Shown here: one piece after another, positions 59,613-64,000 of the stretch
Layout: every line of letters starts with the position of its first letter
How positions within the stretch are numbered: the stretch's first letter is position 1
Origin: an uncultured Gammaproteobacteria bacterium
GTDB lineage: Bacteria > Patescibacteriota > Microgenomatia > Levybacterales > GWA1-39-11
Direction of reading: 5' to 3'
DNA: 64,000 bases
Assembly: GCA_964394645.1 (NCBI GenBank)
Contig: CAYMYC010000004.1
Location: 1,258 to 65,257 of the forward strand
Program-made: the position numbers and the translations under genes
Notes under the pieces: model-generated
What the model was told of the DNA's origin: nothing
Seen by the model: only the letters and a program-made list of their open reading frames with translations
The model's database searches: none

Positions 59613-59664
59613 ATGTGTAGTATAAGAACATAAGAGAAAGAATGCAATATTAATTCATGCTGTA

Positions 59665-59693
59665 TTGACAACTAGTTAACAACACAGTATGCT
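59665..59693 (+). promoter_or_regulatory. Sigma70 promoter, leaderless
   Basis: TTGACA-17 nt-TATGCT, 6 nt before ATG 59700. Confidence 0.7.
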
Positions 59694-59699
59694 TCAAAT

Positions 59700-59930
59700 A
59701 TGGTCGAGGGTCATAAACCACATGGACCTGACAAGAAAAAATCGAGGGTCGTCGGATGCATTGTAGGGGGCGGCATTATACTTCACGGTCTTAGCGCCTT
59801 AGCACTCTCTACTAAATCCGATATAGAAATTGAAAAAGATGACCGCACAATAAGCTACACGCAGCAAGGTGCAATTGAGGTTACATCCGGAGCGATTGTT
59901 CTACTTACCACATTCTCACGCAGAAAATGA
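59700..59930 (+). CDS. Small hypothetical membrane protein
   Basis: Good promoter; two hydrophobic segments. Confidence 0.55.
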   Translation: MVEGHKPHGPDKKKSRVVGCIVGGGIILHGLSALALSTKSDIEIEKDDRTISYTQQGAIEVTSGAIVLLTTFSRRK

Positions 59931-60815
59931 TGAAGCAACTGTTGGCGCGATTGAGAGAACTTCAAGTTTTTTAAAGAATTTTTCTTCGGGAATATATATA
60001 GTATCTGTTACAAAAATCTTCTCTGCTCTACAAGCCTCAAGCAAACCCGGAGCTTTATTTGAAAAAACAGCGTGCGTTGCAAAAACAAATACTTTTTTCG
60101 CTCCCATATCAAATAACTCGTTCACGCACTGAACAATTGTCCCACCAGACGAAATCATATCATCTACAATAAAACACGTGTCTTTTACCTCTCCTGTAAC
60201 TTTCGCGACTTTTATTTTTCCAGTTACTATGTCCCGATCTTTCTCAACTGCTACATAGTCTATCCCTCCGAGTAAATTCTTTAGCAACTCAATTCTTCTT
60301 ATTCCTCCCATATCAGGAGTTACAAGACAAGCATTGGATAAGTCAGACTCAATCTGCTTCACTTTTTCAGCAAATAAAGAAAGTGCTGAAAGGTGGTCTA
60401 CTCCAATACTAAAAAGTTCAGGAATTTTTATAGAATGCAAATCAACACCAACAAAACAATTAGCCCCTGAAACCTCAATCATCTTTACGACTACCTCAAG
60501 TGAACGAGCCTCACCTGTTCTAAAAATATGGTCCTGACGCTGGTATCCTAAATAGGGAACTACTGCAGTAATATTTTTTGCTCCATTTCTTTTTGCTGCA
60601 TCTAGCAGCAAACACAGCTCCAACAAATTTGAGTCAACTGGTGAACACGTTGGCTGACAAATAAGGACATCTTCATCTACTACGTCTTCCATTAGCATAA
60701 TCCTCCGTTCACCATCCGGAAATAAATGGTTCTCAACTTCCGATAGTGGTAGACCCATGTTCTGAGCAATTTTCTCAGCTAATGGTCTATTCGCGCTACC
60801 TGAAAATATCTTCAT
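59916..60815 (-). CDS. prs: Ribose-phosphate pyrophosphokinase, paralog 2
   Basis: FPDGE, PYLGYQRQD, DLHS, PDMGG, VDDMISSGGT; start at ATG 60815. Confidence 0.9.
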   Translation of the reverse strand: MKIFSGSANRPLAEKIAQNMGLPLSEVENHLFPDGERRIMLMEDVVDEDVLICQPTCSPVDSNLLELCLLLDAAKRNGAKNITAVVPYLGYQRQDHIFRTGEARSLEVVVKMIEVSGANCFVGVDLHSIKIPELFSIGVDHLSALSLFAEKVKQIESDLSNACLVTPDMGGIRRIELLKNLLGGIDYVAVEKDRDIVTGKIKVAKVTGEVKDTCFIVDDMISSGGTIVQCVNELFDMGAKKVFVFATHAVFSNKAPGLLEACRAEKIFVTDTIYIPEEKFFKKLEVLSIAPTVASSFSA

Positions 60816-60858
60816 GAAACAATTGTACGAAGGATTCTCATCTATAATCAAGATGGTA

Positions 60859-61827
60859 TTACAAAATCAACTCGCGACTTAATGATTCCCCAGATTCAAT
60901 TTTTTCAATAGCGCAAGATAAAAGATTTGCGACTGACACAACTGTAACCCGTTTGTTTTTTTTCATTTCTGAGTGTAATGGTATTGTATCAGTAATTATT
61001 AATTCATCCACCATACTTTTTGCGAATTTCTCCGGTGCGTTACCAGAAAACAAACCATGAGTTGCACAAATAATAACTTTTTTTGCTCCGGACTTTTTTA
61101 AATATTCTGCCGCATGAATAACTGTCCCCCCCGTATCTATCATGTCATCCACTAATAGTATATTCTTCCCCGCTACATTCCCAATCATAGCTAACGCACT
61201 TGAAGTATTGTTTACCATAATATCCCGCTCCTTATACACCAATGCTATCTCATTCACTCCTAACAGCCGTGCATAACCAGTAGCTCGAGCCATACTGCCT
61301 TTATCAGGCGCTGCTACTACTAAATTTTTCAGATTTCTTTTTTTAATTTCAGGAATAAGGGAATATGAACCATATAAGTTGTCCCAAGGTCCTTTTATGA
61401 AACCCTGCTGCTGCTCAGAATGAATATCAAGGGTAACAATTCTATTAACGCCTACGTTTTCCAAAATACTAGCGACTACAGATGCAGAAATTGGAACTCG
61501 GGGCATTTCCTTCCTGTCTTGCCTACTATAACCAAAATATGGAATGATCGCAGTTATTTCATCCGCTGATGACCTACGTGCTGCATCAATCATAAAGACT
61601 AGCTCTAAAAGGGAATCATTTACGGGTTTACATGTTGGTTGGATTATAAAAACGTGCCTACGACGCACATTTTCAGGAACCTTAATACGTATTTCACCAT
61701 CTGAAAACACACTAACAGGACTAAATAATTCTTTCCTTAAAAGACTTGCCACTTTTTTAGCAAGAACGGGGTTAGATCTTCCAGTCAGAAGTACATAATT
61801 ATTTGACCGCACAGCGCCTACAGCCAT
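60859..61827 (-). CDS. prs: Ribose-phosphate pyrophosphokinase, paralog 1
   Basis: FSDGE, PYFGYSRQDRK, DIHSEQ, VDDMIDTGGT, ATHGLFS. Confidence 0.94.
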   Translation of the reverse strand: MAVGAVRSNNYVLLTGRSNPVLAKKVASLLRKELFSPVSVFSDGEIRIKVPENVRRRHVFIIQPTCKPVNDSLLELVFMIDAARRSSADEITAIIPYFGYSRQDRKEMPRVPISASVVASILENVGVNRIVTLDIHSEQQQGFIKGPWDNLYGSYSLIPEIKKRNLKNLVVAAPDKGSMARATGYARLLGVNEIALVYKERDIMVNNTSSALAMIGNVAGKNILLVDDMIDTGGTVIHAAEYLKKSGAKKVIICATHGLFSGNAPEKFAKSMVDELIITDTIPLHSEMKKNKRVTVVSVANLLSCAIEKIESGESLSRELIL

Positions 61828-61872
61828 AATATATTTCTATTAAATGAATAGTGCTCAAATTTAAAAACGTTA

Positions 61873-62160
61873 CTATTTTCCAAGCAATCCTCCAAGTCCG
61901 CCTCCCATCTCCTGCATCTTTGAAGCTGCTTTTTTTTGAGCCTTCTCAAGAGCCTCGTTTAATGCATCCACAGCATCTCTCATATCTTCATCATTTACTT
62001 TGAAACTTTTAACCTTCATGTCTGCAGTCAACTCAACTGATACGCGACCTCGGGATGCTGTAACTACTATAGTTTGCAGTTCTTTTTGAATCTTTATTGC
62101 TTCGTCTCTTAGTTTTTTCACATCTCCTAGGGCACCAAGCCCTTTCATAGGATTAAACAT
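61873..62160 (-). CDS. YbaB/EbfC nucleoid-associated protein
   Basis: IQKEL...GRVSV...A-x-NEAL-x-KA; downstream of dnaX. Confidence 0.85.
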   Translation of the reverse strand: MFNPMKGLGALGDVKKLRDEAIKIQKELQTIVVTASRGRVSVELTADMKVKSFKVNDEDMRDAVDALNEALEKAQKKAASKMQEMGGGLGGLLGK

Positions 62161-62230
62161 ATTTTTAAACACCACCCTTCTTATTCAAATTCGTATATCA
62201 TTAACTTCCTAACTTTGCTTGTCAATTATC

Positions 62231-63634
62231 CTAATTTTTTATACTAATTGCAACTTCTTTTTGTAAGATTTCTTGAATGTGAGATAAGATTATTGCGTAA
62301 TTTTGCTTTTCCGTTAATCTTCCCAAATGAAATGCGGAGGGAGCTTGAATAACAAACCCGCTCGCATCTTCCATAATTTTACATCCTCGTAATAAACCTG
62401 CAAGAATTTTATTTTCTTTATTAACTGAATCTAAAAGTTTTTTGAACAGATCGAAAACGCGATCTTCAACCAATTCAGGGTTTTTTTTCTTCAACTCGCC
62501 TTCTCCCTCTACCTCCGGTATAGTTTTCGTTGTCTTTTGAGCTTCTATATTCTTGTGAGGTTCAGCACTCTCTTTACTCTCTGGAGCTGCATAGTTTTTT
62601 TCTGAAACGCAAAACTCTATAACAGCAAGCTCCAGTGGTAACTGAGGTAAAACTGCTCCCCGCAATCCCTTATATGCCTCGTCTAAAAGATTTAACAACC
62701 TCTCTACCCGCTGGATATCTGTATTTTTTTTCTGTGATACGTAATTTAACAACTCGCCATGCAATATGCTTGCCATCCTTTCAATAATGACTGCAAAATC
62801 TGTATTCACAGAAGACAAAGATTCAATTTCTGATAATGCCTTGTGTGCATCTTTTTGAAAACAAAAATTTATAATAGACCTAGCTGAAGAATCTATTGAC
62901 CCGATTTTAAACTGTGACTCAACCAGGCTCAACGTAATCTTTCCTTTTGCCTGAAGGCTTAATTCCTCAAGTATTTTTGCTGCATCCCGAAATGCACCCT
63001 GAGAAAGCAGGGCAACCCGTAATAAGACACCATCCTCTAATTCTAACCTCTCTCCATCAACGATTCTCAGCATGCTTCGAGACAACTCATCCGTGCTAGG
63101 TTTCTCAAAAGGAACTAAAAATACACGGGAAATAATTGTTTCAGGCAACTTTCCTGTTTCGGTTGTCGCCAAAATAAAAACTACGTGACCTGGAGGTTCT
63201 TCAAGTGTTTTTAAAAGTGCGTTAAATGCCTCAGTAGTCAGCATATGAACTTCGTCAATAATATATACTTTTTTTGAAAGAACTGATGGGGAAAATTTTA
63301 TCCGCTCACGAAGCTCTCTTATTTCATCTATCCCTCGATTGCTTGCAGCATCAATCTCTAAAACATCTACTGCTGTGCCATTTGTTATTGAAATACATGC
63401 AGAACATTTATTGCATGGCTCAATACTAAACGGGTCACTCTGCTTTCTTTTTTCACAGTTTATCGCCTTAGCTAAAATTCTTGCGGAAGATGTTTTTCCA
63501 AGTCCTTTTGGACCCGCGAATAAAAATGCGTGCGGAATTGACTTTGAGGAAAGAATTGCCGAAAGTCTGTTGCGAACTTCTACAAGATCAAGCTCTGAGA
63601 TTAATTGCGGACGGTATTTTCTATAGTAAACCAT
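62231..63634 (-). CDS. dnaX: DNA polymerase III gamma/tau
   Basis: YRKYRPQ, GPKGLGKTS, EIDAASNRG, IIDEVHML, NALLKTLEEPP. Confidence 0.96.
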   Translation of the reverse strand: MVYYRKYRPQLISELDLVEVRNRLSAILSSKSIPHAFLFAGPKGLGKTSSARILAKAINCEKRKQSDPFSIEPCNKCSACISITNGTAVDVLEIDAASNRGIDEIRELRERIKFSPSVLSKKVYIIDEVHMLTTEAFNALLKTLEEPPGHVVFILATTETGKLPETIISRVFLVPFEKPSTDELSRSMLRIVDGERLELEDGVLLRVALLSQGAFRDAAKILEELSLQAKGKITLSLVESQFKIGSIDSSARSIINFCFQKDAHKALSEIESLSSVNTDFAVIIERMASILHGELLNYVSQKKNTDIQRVERLLNLLDEAYKGLRGAVLPQLPLELAVIEFCVSEKNYAAPESKESAEPHKNIEAQKTTKTIPEVEGEGELKKKNPELVEDRVFDLFKKLLDSVNKENKILAGLLRGCKIMEDASGFVIQAPSAFHLGRLTEKQNYAIILSHIQEILQKEVAISIKN

Positions 63635-63643
63635 AATTGAGAA

Positions 63644-64000
63644 TCACTCGTGGTGCTCACCTAATAAGTGTTGGAGACCGTGGGCAACCCAAAAACAAAT
63701 TTTATCATCTACCAATTTGTTCTCAAATGAGGCTTCGTTAATTATCACTGGGTATGAAATAATTACATCTCCTAGCATCAATTTATCTGACTTTACGACC
63801 ATCCCCTCACCTTCAGTTTGCGAGAACGATAAAACATTTGTTGTCTTATCTAAATTCCTATACTTTTTATTTAAAGCGCGCATCTTGCGATCACCAACTA
63901 TAGCAATTGACACCTCAACAGGGGTCGTGATCCCACGATCAGATATTACACGCCTAACCGTTTCTTTAATTTTTTTTCTATCAACTCTATACCTGCTCTC
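63644..64000 (-). CDS. ybeY: rRNA maturation endoribonuclease YbeY (5' end beyond the window)
   Basis: LNKKYR-x-x-D-x-x-TNVLSF, LGDVIIS, HGLQHLLGEHH; frame stays open to the window edge. Confidence 0.92.
   Translation of the reverse strand, partial: ESRYRVDRKKIKETVRRVISDRGITTPVEVSIAIVGDRKMRALNKKYRNLDKTTNVLSFSQTEGEGMVVKSDKLMLGDVIISYPVIINEASFENKLVDDKICFWVAHGLQHLLGEHHE

Overview
AT-rich, gene-dense bacterial chromosome segment in genetic code 11. Gene content and style point to Patescibacteria/CPR, probably Microgenomates (inference). From left to right it contains: a complete type IV pilus locus (pilO/N/M, five minor pilins, prepilin peptidase, major pilin, divergent pilB-pilT-pilC); gyrB-ppa-gyrA; an S9 hydrolase; an Rpf-domain protein; folD; a murF-hydrolase-DegT-FemAB cluster; and a single Xer-type recombinase. 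The xer gene is preceded by a 1.3-kb gene-free region holding one near-palindromic 11-6-11 dif-like site, two or three degenerate copies and a gene remnant. This is the most interesting locus. The rest is mostly housekeeping (ruvC, yebC, efp, dnaB, cysS, rpsF-ssb-rpsR, hisS, rpmE, prfA, proS, two tandem prs, ybaB, dnaX, ybeY), with two tRNAs, an archaeal-type short purA, an acyltransferase and several proteases. Many genes appear leaderless. No CRISPR array, rRNA or transposase was seen. All calls come from reading motifs by eye; no database searches were run.
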